From a virus: 57,547 nucleotides of DNA. Positions 1-10,096 of this stretch are shown here, piece by piece. The DNA is taken from IMG/VR virus record IMGVR_UViG_3300045988_027578. The stretch is one strand, 5' to 3'. The notes beneath the pieces are model-generated. The model was not told where the DNA came from, made no database searches, and saw nothing but the letters and a program-made list of their open reading frames with translations. The position numbers and the translations under genes are program-made. The stretch's first letter is position 1. Each line of letters opens with the position of its first letter.

Positions 1-437
1 ATTACGCAAAGATAGGTTCAAGCGGAAATTACGCAAAGATAGGTTCAAGCGGAGATTCCGCAAAGATAGGTTCAAGCGGAGATTACGCAAAGATAGGTTC
101 AAGCGGAAATTACGCAAAGATAGGTTCAAGCGGAGATTACGCAAAGATAGGTTCAAGCGGAAATTACGCAAAGATAGGTTCAAGCGGAGATTCCGCACAG
201 ATAGGTTCAAGCGGAGATTACGCACAGATAGGTTCAAGCGGAGATTACGCAAAGATAGGTTCAAGCGGAAATTACGCAAAGATAGGTTCAAGCGGAGATT
301 CCGCAAAGATAGGTTCAAGCGGAGATTACGCACAGATAGGTTCAAGCGGAGATTACGCAAAGATAGGTTCAAGCGGAAATTACGCAAAGATAGGTTCAAG
401 CGGAGATTCCGCACAGATAGGTTCAAGCGGAGATTAC
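1..437 (+). repeat. 27-bp tandem repeat array (5-nt partial unit plus 16 full units) encoding the nonapeptide AKIGSSG[D/N][Y/S]
   Basis: Units start at 6,33,60...411. Only three variable sites per unit (aaa/cag K/Q, aat/gat N/D, tac/tcc Y/S). In frame with the ORF ending at 686. Confidence 0.95.
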
Positions 438-686
438 GCAAAGATAACATCCAAGGGTAAACATTCAGTTGTTATGGCAGCAGGGTATCAGTCGCAGGCA
501 AAAGCTAAAAAAGGTAGCTGGATAACACTTGCTGAATGGGTAAGAACGGATGATGAAGATAAAAAAGGCTTCTGCATTTGGATTCCTAAATGCGTTAAGA
601 CCGAATACGTTGACGGAGAGCGTATCAAGGAAGATACATTCTATAAACTGGTAGATGGCGAATTTAAAGAAGTGGAGGAAAACTAA
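1..686 (+). CDS. 3' part of the repeat-protein gene that starts at 57020 (the gene wraps the contig ends); C-terminal domain after the repeats
   Basis: Frame 3 is open from base 3 through the repeats into ORF-track 474..686. Window 1-113 is identical to 57435-57547. Confidence 0.85.
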   Translation, partial: YAKIGSSGNYAKIGSSGDSAKIGSSGDYAKIGSSGNYAKIGSSGDYAKIGSSGNYAKIGSSGDSAQIGSSGDYAQIGSSGDYAKIGSSGNYAKIGSSGDSAKIGSSGDYAQIGSSGDYAKIGSSGNYAKIGSSGDSAQIGSSGDYAKITSKGKHSVVMAAGYQSQAKAKKGSWITLAEWVRTDDEDKKGFCIWIPKCVKTEYVDGERIKEDTFYKLVDGEFKEVEEN

Positions 687-688
687 TT

Positions 689-1453
689 ATGGCAGAAACA
701 ACAGCAGTAGTAGAAAAGAAAGAAGAAACAGCAGTACAGCACATTAACAAGGTTACAGATTTTAGCCTTGGAATTTTTGGAACATCCGATAATTTCACAA
801 TGGCTTATCAGATGGCAAAGGCATTATCGCAGTCAACATTAGTTCCAAGAGAGTATCAGAAAAGCGAGGCTAATTGTATGATAGCGATTGACCTTGCAAT
901 CAGAATGAAAACAAGCCCATTTTTAGTAATGCAGAACCTTGATGTAATACAGGGTAAACCTGGGTGGAACGCAAAAGCACTTATCGGAATGATAAATACT
1001 AGCCACAAGTATGACGGCAGTTTACATTTTGAGGAAAAAGCAGATAAAAACGGAAAACCTTTTAGCTGTATGTGCTACGCATTTGAGAATGGAGAAAGAA
1101 TTGACGGACCAGTAGTTGATATGGATATGGCAGTTGCCGAGGGTTGGGTTGGCAAGAATGGTAGCAAATGGAAAACAATGCCACAGGTAATGCTTGCATA
1201 TCGTGCCGCCTCATTCTTTTCAAGAAGATACTGCCCGGAAATTTCAATGGGATTATATACTTCTGATGAGATTATTGACGGAGATTTTACAGACAAGAGT
1301 TATTCGGCTGAGAATATGCAGGCAGAGGTAACGAGAGAAATATCCGATAATGCCAATTCAGTTGAGTTCAAGGAAGATGTTGATACAACAGCAACAGAAG
1401 CAACCGAAGAACAAACAGGCAGCACATTGCCACCATTTATGCAGGCAGAATAG
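689..1453 (+). CDS. recT: RecT/Red-beta family single-strand annealing protein
   Basis: QNLDVIQGKPGWNAKALIGMI and KWKTMPQVMLAYRAASFFSRRY resemble the RecT/Bet core. RBS GGAGGAAAA upstream. Confidence 0.75.
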   Translation: MAETTAVVEKKEETAVQHINKVTDFSLGIFGTSDNFTMAYQMAKALSQSTLVPREYQKSEANCMIAIDLAIRMKTSPFLVMQNLDVIQGKPGWNAKALIGMINTSHKYDGSLHFEEKADKNGKPFSCMCYAFENGERIDGPVVDMDMAVAEGWVGKNGSKWKTMPQVMLAYRAASFFSRRYCPEISMGLYTSDEIIDGDFTDKSYSAENMQAEVTREISDNANSVEFKEDVDTTATEATEEQTGSTLPPFMQAE

Positions 1454-1468
1454 AAAGGAGAATGTAAC

Positions 1469-1651
1469 ATGATTAAAAGCGAAAAAGGGAAAGTAATTTT
1501 AAAGGGAGACGCAAAAGGAGTGTTGGCTGAATTTGGCTGCATTTATTCGACACTTGTTGAAAGACTAGGAAAGGATGTTGTTAATAGGACTATTGCTCTT
1601 ACAGATATATTAGAAATAGCCAAAGGAGACAATAAGCATGAGAATAATTAG
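1469..1651 (+). CDS. hypothetical protein
   Basis: ORF track; RBS AAAGGAG; operon packing. Confidence 0.55.
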   Translation: MIKSEKGKVILKGDAKGVLAEFGCIYSTLVERLGKDVVNRTIALTDILEIAKGDNKHENN

Positions 1652-1994
1652 TCAAAATGGCAATGTTGATTTGCCTTATGAGAAATTTGTGTTTGGAATA
1701 ACAAAAGATAACAAAATTGCTTGTTGCAGAGAATGCGTAGCACCGCCATATGAAATCTATAATGGAATTATTGCAGAGTATTCAAGCAAAGAAAAGGCTT
1801 TAAAGGCTATGGAAATGTTAAGGGAATCATATAGGGAATACATAGCAACTATCACAACTACGCAAGGGGTAGCACAGGCGCTAATGTTTGTAGATAACAA
1901 CGAAAGTAATCTCAAGTTATCAGCAAATATTGTCAATGGAATAAAGGAAAATATTTATTTCCAGTTCCCGAAAGATGATGAGGTGGAAGTATGA
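1638..1994 (+). CDS. hypothetical protein
   Basis: ORF track; RBS AAAGGAG; overlaps its neighbours by a few nt. Confidence 0.6.
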   Translation: MRIISQNGNVDLPYEKFVFGITKDNKIACCRECVAPPYEIYNGIIAEYSSKEKALKAMEMLRESYREYIATITTTQGVAQALMFVDNNESNLKLSANIVNGIKENIYFQFPKDDEVEV

Positions 1995-2326
1995 TAATTA
2001 ATAAAAATACTGATTCTGAACACGTTAAATTTATATCATACACAGGTAAGTATCCTAATCTTTGCAGTGGTATTTTAACGCTTGAAATTGACGGAAGAAC
2101 AATCAGATTTGGCAATAGGTATGTAGATAGTACAGTTGATTATCCTAAGTTTTGGGAAAGCGGCGGCAGTTGTTCATTTGACAATAATTGGAACAGCAAT
2201 GTTACAGACGGAGAATGGCAGATAGATTTTAATGAGATACCTGACTGCTTTAAGAAATATGCAGAGGAAATAGACGAAACATTCAACGCTAATGTGCCTC
2301 ATGGTTGCTGTGGAGGGTGCTTATGA
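1991..2326 (+). CDS. hypothetical protein (Cys-rich C-terminus HGCCGGCL)
   Basis: ATGA start/stop overlap with the previous ORF; RBS GAGGTGGA. Confidence 0.6.
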   Translation: MIINKNTDSEHVKFISYTGKYPNLCSGILTLEIDGRTIRFGNRYVDSTVDYPKFWESGGSCSFDNNWNSNVTDGEWQIDFNEIPDCFKKYAEEIDETFNANVPHGCCGGCL

Positions 2327-3045
2327 AGCTTAAATGTATTGCGACAGGAAGTAGTGGCAACTGCTATCTGTTACAGGCAGACAACGGAGAAACACTTATC
2401 CTTGATTGTGGAATACCGATTAAGGAGATTAAAAAAGGCTTAGATTGGAATATTAAAGATGTTGTGGGTGTGTTATGCACCCACCAGCATTCAGACCACA
2501 ATAAATCGTTAAAAGATTTTATAAATATGGGAATACCTGTTTTTGCCCCATATCTAAGTCTTGAATCTATGAAAATGGAAACAGAGTTCAATATACGGAT
2601 GTTCGATTTAACGACAATAGACGGAAGCTGGACGCACACCAATGCAGACGGAACACCTTGCCCGATATATGGCTTCCTGATTACTCACAGGGAAATGGGG
2701 AGAATGCTTTACATAACCGATTGCGAATTAATCAAGTGGAAGTTTAGAGATATAAACCACATCCTCTTAGGTGTGAACTATGACAAGGATTTAGTTGATA
2801 CCGACAATCCAAAAGCTAATCACGTTTTCAGAGGTCACTTATCCATTGACACGGCTTGCGATTTTGTCAAGGCTAACAATTCAGACAGCCTACAAAACAT
2901 CATAATGTGCCATTTGTCAAGTGAAAATGCCGATAAGGATAGTTTTATCGAGAAGATGAAAAATGCTGTAAATGTGGCGAATGTAGATGTTGCAGAACAG
3001 GGTAAGAGTTGGATTTTAAGGAAAGGAGATGAACCGCCATTTTAA
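2323..3045 (+). CDS. metallo-beta-lactamase-fold hydrolase (probable nuclease partner of RecT)
   Basis: HxHxDH motif THQHSDH. Start moved to ATG 2323 (ATGA overlap with the stop at 2326). Confidence 0.75.
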   Translation: MKLKCIATGSSGNCYLLQADNGETLILDCGIPIKEIKKGLDWNIKDVVGVLCTHQHSDHNKSLKDFINMGIPVFAPYLSLESMKMETEFNIRMFDLTTIDGSWTHTNADGTPCPIYGFLITHREMGRMLYITDCELIKWKFRDINHILLGVNYDKDLVDTDNPKANHVFRGHLSIDTACDFVKANNSDSLQNIIMCHLSSENADKDSFIEKMKNAVNVANVDVAEQGKSWILRKGDEPPF

Positions 3046-3071
3046 GTAATTGGAATGATATAAAAGAACTG

Positions 3072-3422
3072 ATGGATTGCTTTCCAAGGAGCGTTATTAA
3101 CCATAATGGAGAGCTTGTAGTACATATCGTAAGTAACACATATTTTATTTTAAGAGATTGTAACGACAAGGAAGATGTTAAATGCAAGGTTTTAGAGTGG
3201 CTTTCAAGACCTGCGCACAAGACAGAACCATACAGTACAAAGCGAAAAAATGATGAATTTCACAGTTTTATCCTTGCAGGAGTAAATGATTACCTTGGTA
3301 CAGATTTTTCGGAGAAAGATATGGAGAAGATTTATACATACTTAGGCAATGCTTGCAATCACAAAAAGACATTGAAATTTATTGAAAGTGGCTACGATAT
3401 GAGTATTTTGAAAGATGATTAA
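3072..3422 (+). CDS. hypothetical protein
   Basis: ORF track; same-strand operon. Confidence 0.55.
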   Translation: MDCFPRSVINHNGELVVHIVSNTYFILRDCNDKEDVKCKVLEWLSRPAHKTEPYSTKRKNDEFHSFILAGVNDYLGTDFSEKDMEKIYTYLGNACNHKKTLKFIESGYDMSILKDD

Positions 3423-3435
3423 GGAAAGGAGATGA

Positions 3436-3765
3436 ATGTCCGTTTTGAGTAGATATACAAACTTGATTACAGGCGAAAAATATATGACAGAACAAAACGC
3501 ATTAAGGCATTACATCTCTAAAGCCAAGAAATCAAAGCGTAGAAATAATTTCGAAGAAATGTGGAAATTGTATTCGCAGGCAACAAAGATACTTCACGTT
3601 GATTACTGCTATAAATGCCAGTATGAAGATTTTGGGTATTGTGGTTTAAGAAAATCGTACACTTCGGAAGAAGAAAAATTTATAAAGCATTGCTTTGATG
3701 GATTTATTAAAGAAATGGAAGATATGCTTAATGAAATGCAAAGTAAAAATGCGTGTCCGTTTTAG
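3436..3765 (+). CDS. hypothetical protein
   Basis: RBS GGAAAGGAG upstream of the ATG. Confidence 0.6.
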   Translation: MSVLSRYTNLITGEKYMTEQNALRHYISKAKKSKRRNNFEEMWKLYSQATKILHVDYCYKCQYEDFGYCGLRKSYTSEEEKFIKHCFDGFIKEMEDMLNEMQSKNACPF

Positions 3766-3778
3766 AAAGGAGAAGAAT

Positions 3779-3973
3779 GTGGATAAAATTGTAATTTGCA
3801 AGCATTGTGGAAAGCCAGAGTATTACGGAGAAATGCGTTGGTTAAGTGGCAGGTGTAGTTGTAGAAATTGCTACAAAAGTCAATGGCAGGACGAAAATCA
3901 CAAGCTTTATAGTTGGGATGATTTAGATGGAAAAAGACCAACTATGGAAGAATATGAGAAACAAGAAAAATAA
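3779..3973 (+). CDS. small zinc-ribbon protein (CxxC...CxC..C)
   Basis: Part of ORF-track 3695..3973. GTG 3779 follows RBS AAAGGAGAAG and avoids a 70-nt overlap. Confidence 0.5.
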   Translation: MDKIVICKHCGKPEYYGEMRWLSGRCSCRNCYKSQWQDENHKLYSWDDLDGKRPTMEEYEKQEK

Positions 3974-3995
3974 TTAAAGTCAGAAAGGAGCAGTA

Positions 3996-4490
3996 ATGGA
4001 GAGATTAACAGAAGTTACAATCGAAGACGGAGTGAAACTTTACGACATATCCAGTGAGTTATGTTTATCAAAGACAACCCAAGGAGAAAAGATAGCTACA
4101 ATTTTGAAAAAACTGGCTGACTATGAGGACTCAGAAGAGCAGGGCAGACTTTTGAAATTGCCTTGTAAGGTGGGAGATACAGTTTATGTAGATAACACAA
4201 TACTCCCAATAGAGGATATGGAGTGTTACGAGGACATTGATAATAAGATTCCATTATATTTTCCGGCACGAGTTGTTTCGTTCCGCTTTGCAAAAAGAAA
4301 CTGGATGAAGATTGCTGTTAAGGCAAAATGGTTACATGAATGGATTGACGATGAGACCGGACCAGAAAGCGATTACATAGAGTGTGAGAAAAATTTTACA
4401 ATCTTATTGTCAATGATTGGCAAGACAGTATTTCTCACAAAATCCGAAGCCGAAGCAAAACTGAAAGAATTGAGAGGTAACGATGAATAA
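3996..4490 (+). CDS. hypothetical protein
   Basis: RBS AAAGGAG; 164 aa. Confidence 0.6.
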   Translation: MERLTEVTIEDGVKLYDISSELCLSKTTQGEKIATILKKLADYEDSEEQGRLLKLPCKVGDTVYVDNTILPIEDMECYEDIDNKIPLYFPARVVSFRFAKRNWMKIAVKAKWLHEWIDDETGPESDYIECEKNFTILLSMIGKTVFLTKSEAEAKLKELRGNDE

Positions 4491-4854
4491 GAGAAAATCA
4501 ATATCTAAAAGTATAAGAACATCTGTATATCTCATGTATAACGGACATTGTGCTTATTGTGGCACAGAAATAGATTACAAAGATATGCAGGTAGACCATG
4601 CAACACCACTTAGGATAGGTGGAGCAGACGACATTTCAAATTACATGCCAGCTTGTAGGAGCTGCAATCACTATAAAGCCACTTTAGATGTCGAGGGATT
4701 TAGAAAGTATCTTTCAGAAATATATAAAAGGCTTATGCGTGACAGCATACCTTATCAAGTGGCGGAGCGGTTTGGAATCGTGAAACATGTGTCGAACGAT
4801 GTGAAATTCTATTTTGAAGAATTGAGAGGTGGAGAAAATGAAAGTAGTAATTGA
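4483..4854 (+). CDS. HNH endonuclease
   Basis: CAYCG...VDHATPL...N...CRSCNHYK, an HNH/zinc-finger signature. Confidence 0.8.
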   Translation: MNKRKSISKSIRTSVYLMYNGHCAYCGTEIDYKDMQVDHATPLRIGGADDISNYMPACRSCNHYKATLDVEGFRKYLSEIYKRLMRDSIPYQVAERFGIVKHVSNDVKFYFEELRGGENESSN

Positions 4855-5218
4855 CATACCTAACGATTTCACAGGAGACTATATTGTTGACAAATTTAAA
4901 GATTTCTTTTCAAGGGTTATTGCGGATATTGATTGCAAAGGTATGTGTGGCAGATACGAGAAGGAAATTGCTAAAATGTTTTTAAAGGCATTTGATGATA
5001 GTGAAGAAAAGGTTTCTTGTAACTGCAAGCATAACAGCAATCCAAGAGATAATGAGCCTTGTTGCAGATGCGATAACAGAATGACTAACGCTGGCAGAAT
5101 AAGGAATATGTCAGATGAAGAGTTAGCGGAATTTCTTGTCGGATTTAAAAACACATTCGGTGAAGAATACGAGGGAGAAGCTAGTTGTATGGAGTGGCTT
5201 CAATCAGAAGCAGAATAG
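4838..5218 (+). CDS. hypothetical protein
   Basis: ATG 4838 preceded by GAGAGGTGGAG; ORF-track 4829..5218. Confidence 0.55.
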   Translation: MKVVIDIPNDFTGDYIVDKFKDFFSRVIADIDCKGMCGRYEKEIAKMFLKAFDDSEEKVSCNCKHNSNPRDNEPCCRCDNRMTNAGRIRNMSDEELAEFLVGFKNTFGEEYEGEASCMEWLQSEAE

Positions 5219-5227
5219 GAGATAAAT

Positions 5228-5503
5228 ATGGAAAATACAGATGCTAGAGTGCTACTACAACATATTTACAATACTTATGGTTATCAAATATCAAAAAACT
5301 TTAAGGATAATGCCATTCGAGACGCTTTTGAATTAGCAGACAAGGCACTTGAAAAGCAGATACCTAAGAAACCCGATTTTACAGAAGATAAGGAGTTTGC
5401 TTTATGTCCTTGTTGTAATGGTAATGGATTAGCTGATAAGCAGGAATATTGTGATAATTGCGGTCAGAAATTAGACTGGTCAGAAGAAAGTGAGGAAAAG
5501 TAA
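5228..5503 (+). CDS. hypothetical zinc-ribbon protein
   Basis: CPCC...CDNCG; RBS TAGGAG. Confidence 0.55.
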   Translation: MENTDARVLLQHIYNTYGYQISKNFKDNAIRDAFELADKALEKQIPKKPDFTEDKEFALCPCCNGNGLADKQEYCDNCGQKLDWSEESEEK

Positions 5504-5934
5504 TGAACCGTGTAATTTTATGTGGAAGAGTTGTTAGAGAGCCAGAGATTAGATATTCGCAGACAGTAAACGGAAGTATGGCAGTAGCAAGATACACATT
5601 AGCTGTTGACAGAGCTTTTAAGAAAGAGGGCGAACAGGCAGCAGACTTTATTAATTGTATTGCATTTGGCAAGAATGGAGAGTTTGCAGAGAAATATTTG
5701 CACCAGGGAACTAAGATTATTGTTGAGGGCAGATGGCAGACAGGCAACTATACCAACAAAGACGGACAGAAAGTCTACACTAATGATTGTGTTGTTGAAA
5801 GACACGAATTTTGCGAAAGCCGTGCTAATCAACAGAACAATAATAACAATGGAATTATGGGCGGTAATGCTAGTTCAGACAGCTTTATGTCAATTCCAGA
5901 TGGTGTGGCTGACGAGGGATTACCATTTAATTAA
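5503..5934 (+). CDS. ssb: single-stranded DNA-binding protein
   Basis: OB-fold N-terminus MNRVILCGRVVREPEIRY, Gly/Asn linker, acidic tail DEGLPFN. Confidence 0.9.
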   Translation: MNRVILCGRVVREPEIRYSQTVNGSMAVARYTLAVDRAFKKEGEQAADFINCIAFGKNGEFAEKYLHQGTKIIVEGRWQTGNYTNKDGQKVYTNDCVVERHEFCESRANQQNNNNNGIMGGNASSDSFMSIPDGVADEGLPFN

Positions 5935-5951
5935 AAGGAGCGTGATAAAAA

Positions 5952-6173
5952 GTGACAGAAAAAGAACATAGAATATTGCCTAATATTTCAGAAAGAATGT
6001 TGGAAGAAAATAGGCAGGCAGGATATAACCACGGATATGCAGTTGGCTATAACGAAGCTGTTGATGATACCGTAGAAGCCATAAAGAAGTTACATGCTTT
6101 TACTATTTTAGAAGAGGAAGAGATTGACGAGATGGCAAGGCAGCTAAAGTTAAAGGCAGGTGATAACAGTTGA
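5952..6173 (+). CDS. hypothetical protein, paralog of 7061..7318
   Basis: GTG start after AAGGAG. The C-terminal 45 aa (GYNEAVDDTVEAIKK..FTILEEEEIDEMARQLK) are repeated in the 7061 ORF. Confidence 0.6.
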   Translation: MTEKEHRILPNISERMLEENRQAGYNHGYAVGYNEAVDDTVEAIKKLHAFTILEEEEIDEMARQLKLKAGDNS

Positions 6174-6766
6174 ATTATCAGAACATAGCGAGAGCCAAGG
6201 CAATAGAACAGGAAAATAAAAAGCGACTATTGAAGCTGAACCCAAAACTGAATGACAAAAGCGGGATATATTTCCTGTTCCGAGAAGATGAAAACGGATT
6301 CAAGTTTGCGTATATCGGACAGGCAGTACATACACTTAGCAGATTGGCGAGCCACCTTGTAGGCTACGAACAGCATATTGACCTTAGCTTACGCAAGCAT
6401 AAGCTGTATTCAGAGGATAATCCGTATGGTTGGCGAGTTGAATTTATAAATTTTCCCGAGAGCCAGCTTGACGAAAAAGAGAAGTATTACATCAAACTGT
6501 ATGCCGATAATGGTTATCAGCTTAGGAATGTCAGCATTGGCGGACAGGGCGGAAATCGTGATAGTGGTTCGATAGGCGAAAGAAAAGCACCTAAAGGCTA
6601 TTTACAGGGCATACAACAAGGCAGAAAGAACCTTGCAAGGGAATTATCCAATATAGCAGAAAAGCACCTTAAAATCGAAATCAGAGCGGATAAGGCTAAT
6701 AACAAGGTGTCACAGAAGCAGTATGAGAAGTTTATGGATTTATTGAAAGTGGGTGAGAGTGAATGA
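6170..6766 (+). CDS. GIY-YIG nuclease (homing-endonuclease-like)
   Basis: SGIYFLF...FAYIGQA...R..H...EKYYI..Y...GYQLRN pattern; TTG start overlaps the previous stop. Confidence 0.7.
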   Translation: MNYQNIARAKAIEQENKKRLLKLNPKLNDKSGIYFLFREDENGFKFAYIGQAVHTLSRLASHLVGYEQHIDLSLRKHKLYSEDNPYGWRVEFINFPESQLDEKEKYYIKLYADNGYQLRNVSIGGQGGNRDSGSIGERKAPKGYLQGIQQGRKNLARELSNIAEKHLKIEIRADKANNKVSQKQYEKFMDLLKVGESE

Positions 6767-7074
6767 CAAGTGTAGAAGAATATTTATCTAAAGCGAATGA
6801 TGAGTATAAAAAGGGCGAAGAATATAGAGAACTTGCCAATAAACACTTTAATAATTACGCAGAACTCATGGCAATATACAGAATAGAAAGTGTGAACAGA
6901 GTTCTTGACTTTATAAGAGATGAATATAGAGCAGGAAGAATTTGCGACCTTGAAGCACTACTCTGCCACTGTCAAAACAAACTGAATGGAAATATTGACG
7001 GAACAGAATTAGACCTTGACGAGCATTTAAGAGGTGTTCCTTTTAAGAAAGTGGGTGACAATGATGAAGATTGA
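6763..7074 (+). CDS. hypothetical protein
   Basis: ATGA overlap with the GIY-YIG stop. Confidence 0.55.
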   Translation: MTSVEEYLSKANDEYKKGEEYRELANKHFNNYAELMAIYRIESVNRVLDFIRDEYRAGRICDLEALLCHCQNKLNGNIDGTELDLDEHLRGVPFKKVGDNDED

Positions 7075-7318
7075 AACTACTGATATTGAAGTTAAGGATT
7101 ATGTCAAGAAGCTCGTGAACGTAGTCGCTAAGACAATGGTTGATTCATTTGAAAATCTGACTATCGAAGATGTAAATATGTTTAAGTTGGGCTATAACAA
7201 GGCTGTTGATGACACTATAAAAGCTATCAAGGAAGAATATGCTTTCACAATCTTAGAAGAAGAAAAGATTGACGAAATAGCAGAACAGTTGAAGTGTGGT
7301 GGTTTAAATGCAAACTAA
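7061..7318 (+). CDS. hypothetical protein, paralog of 5952..6173
   Basis: Start set to ATG 7061. Shares GYNKAVDDTIKAIKEEYAFTILEEEKIDEIAEQLK with the 5952 ORF. Confidence 0.6.
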   Translation: MMKIETTDIEVKDYVKKLVNVVAKTMVDSFENLTIEDVNMFKLGYNKAVDDTIKAIKEEYAFTILEEEKIDEIAEQLKCGGLNAN

Positions 7319-7484
7319 TTATGATTGCAGTTGTTGGTGTGATTATCCGAACGAAAATCATAAATACTATGGATGTTCAGATACACCGAAAAAGAGTGGC
7401 AAATGGAAGTGCGTAGATTGCTATGAGTATGTCGGAAAATCAAAAATCGGTGCTACTCATTGCAGGAGAATAATAAAGGAGTGA
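7308..7484 (+). CDS. small Cys-rich protein (58 aa, below the ORF-track cutoff)
   Basis: ATG 7308 to TGA 7482-7484 read by hand: MQTNYDCSCWCDYPNENHKYYGCSD...CVDCYEY. It fills an otherwise empty 170-nt gap. Confidence 0.45.
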   Translation: MQTNYDCSCWCDYPNENHKYYGCSDTPKKSGKWKCVDCYEYVGKSKIGATHCRRIIKE

Positions 7485-7490
7485 TTCAGA

Positions 7491-7763
7491 ATGAAGATTT
7501 TAAGTAAGAAGAAATACAATAAACTCATTGATGATTTTGAGGAATTGCAGAAAAAGGTCAAGGAACTCAAAAGAACAAATGAAAGCCTTGGAAAAAAGCT
7601 AGAGGATAAAAAGACAAGTTGCAAAATGAATAGTGGAAGTGACTTCTGCTTTAATTGCACAAACTCTTACAGATACAAGACATATTGGGGAGTAACAGAA
7701 GTTGAGCGGTGTGGTTGCTTACTTGATGTCACTTGTGAGAGCTTTGAGAGAAAGGGAGTTTGA
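7491..7763 (+). CDS. hypothetical protein (coiled-coil N-terminus, Cys-rich C-terminus)
   Basis: RBS AAAGGAG. Confidence 0.6.
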   Translation: MKILSKKKYNKLIDDFEELQKKVKELKRTNESLGKKLEDKKTSCKMNSGSDFCFNCTNSYRYKTYWGVTEVERCGCLLDVTCESFERKGV

Positions 7764-7942
7764 GAATAAAGATTGACGAAAACACAATAAATCACAATGC
7801 ATTAAGGCTAATCAACTTTGCCGTTGCCACAACAAGTGTTGTTGATGAAGAAAATTCAGACAGATATATAATAGGTACATTTAACTATATCAAGGGCATC
7901 TGTGATATGGCTAATGCAATGAAAGAAGTTTTGAAAAACTAA
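7760..7942 (+). CDS. hypothetical protein
   Basis: TTG start after AAGGGAG; overlaps the previous stop. Confidence 0.45.
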   Translation: MRIKIDENTINHNALRLINFAVATTSVVDEENSDRYIIGTFNYIKGICDMANAMKEVLKN

Positions 7943-8008
7943 GAAAAATCTAAGAAAGGAATAGGTTGTGCGCACATAAAACCGAGGTTTCCTTTTGGTA
8001 GAAAAAGT

Positions 8009-8959
<951 letters not shown>

Positions 8960-9040
8960 AAAGCAAATTGATATTGCAACAACTCTTATGGCGAGGGATT
9001 ATAAAGGTTTTGGGAATCAATCTATGAATGGAGTAATTGA

Positions 9041-9874
9041 ATGGAAGTATTAGGAAGCATATATACAGAAGTTTCAGACAGATTTCAAAAAGGCATTATC
9101 GGGGGTATTTCCCGGTGTGTAAAAGCTGAAAAACACGATTTAGGAGTTGTACTTATGGAACAAATAATCTTAGACGGTAGTCAAAGAGGTCTTGAAAATG
9201 GCAAGTGGAGAACATACACGGACATAATGCCCTCAATTACCGCAAGAGAATATAAGGAGCCGAGAAGTGTTATGGAGGTAATACAAATAGGTAACATAGC
9301 AGAGGAAAAGAATTTCAGTAATCCTCAAACTGGCAGAATTTATGATGTAGGGGGGTGCAGTCCGACATTGAGTACAATGCAAGGTGGCAATCAAGAGCCG
9401 AAAATTCTTGAAAGTCAAATAGTTGCTATGCGTGGCAGAAATCCTGATAATCCGTCAGATAGAACTGTGGGGAACCCAACAGAGCAGAGATTAGAAGTAA
9501 ATATGCAAGGTACAAGTAATTGCTTAACAAGTGTACAGAAAGATAATTTATTGCTTGAAAATAATATCCAAAAAGTCGGTCAAATATCAAGCAATGGTTC
9601 TCAATGCGGTACAGTTATTTCTGATAATGGCATATCTGCTAATCTTGTAGCTGGTACACACGGATATGCAAATAACCATATTGCTACACAATATCGTATC
9701 AGAAAGCTAACACCGAGAGAATGTGGCAGGCTTATGGGAGTATCAGACGAGGACATATCCAAAATGGCAGCAGTAAACAGTAACACGCAACTATACAAGC
9801 AGTTTGGAAACAGTATAGTTGTAGATGTTATGTGTGCTATGTTTAAGAATTTGAATATCAAGCAAGGAGATTAA
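9041..9874 (+). CDS. DNA (cytosine-5) methyltransferase, C-terminal (beta-like) part: several TRD-like modules plus motifs IX and X
   Basis: RKLTPRECGRLMG (IX), QFGNSIVV (X). Own RBS GGAG at 9030-9033, with TGA at 9038-9040 just upstream. Confidence 0.85.
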   Translation: MEVLGSIYTEVSDRFQKGIIGGISRCVKAEKHDLGVVLMEQIILDGSQRGLENGKWRTYTDIMPSITAREYKEPRSVMEVIQIGNIAEEKNFSNPQTGRIYDVGGCSPTLSTMQGGNQEPKILESQIVAMRGRNPDNPSDRTVGNPTEQRLEVNMQGTSNCLTSVQKDNLLLENNIQKVGQISSNGSQCGTVISDNGISANLVAGTHGYANNHIATQYRIRKLTPRECGRLMGVSDEDISKMAAVNSNTQLYKQFGNSIVVDVMCAMFKNLNIKQGD

Positions 9875-9876
9875 CT

Positions 9877-10068
9877 ATGACAGATGATACAAAACAGGAA
9901 ATACAAATAGTCCTTGACTTGCTAAAAGGCAGTCTTACAAGAAATTGTGTGAGTATGGCAACGGATAGAGAGGGTAACTTGATGTTCTTTGATACAGCCA
10001 CTTACAGCAGAAGCAAAGGCAAGGAGTTTGACGGATTCAGAGTTAATATCAACGATTTAGTAAAGTAA
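9877..10068 (+). CDS. hypothetical protein
   Basis: RBS AAGGAG. Confidence 0.55.
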   Translation: MTDDTKQEIQIVLDLLKGSLTRNCVSMATDREGNLMFFDTATYSRSKGKEFDGFRVNINDLVK

Positions 10069-10096
10069 CAATGTGACAGAACTTGAAGAGGTAATT

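Noticed and set aside
1-437. The regular 27-bp repeats at both contig ends could be mistaken for a CRISPR array.
   Set aside because: The units are contiguous with no spacers. They are in frame within a long ORF and encode a nonapeptide repeat.
5606-5971. A 121-aa alternative-frame ORF overlapping ssb. The case of 12020..12310 inside the zinc-ribbon gene is similar.
   Set aside because: These are fully nested in genes with clear motifs. They have no RBS and arginine/leucine-rich shadow-frame composition.
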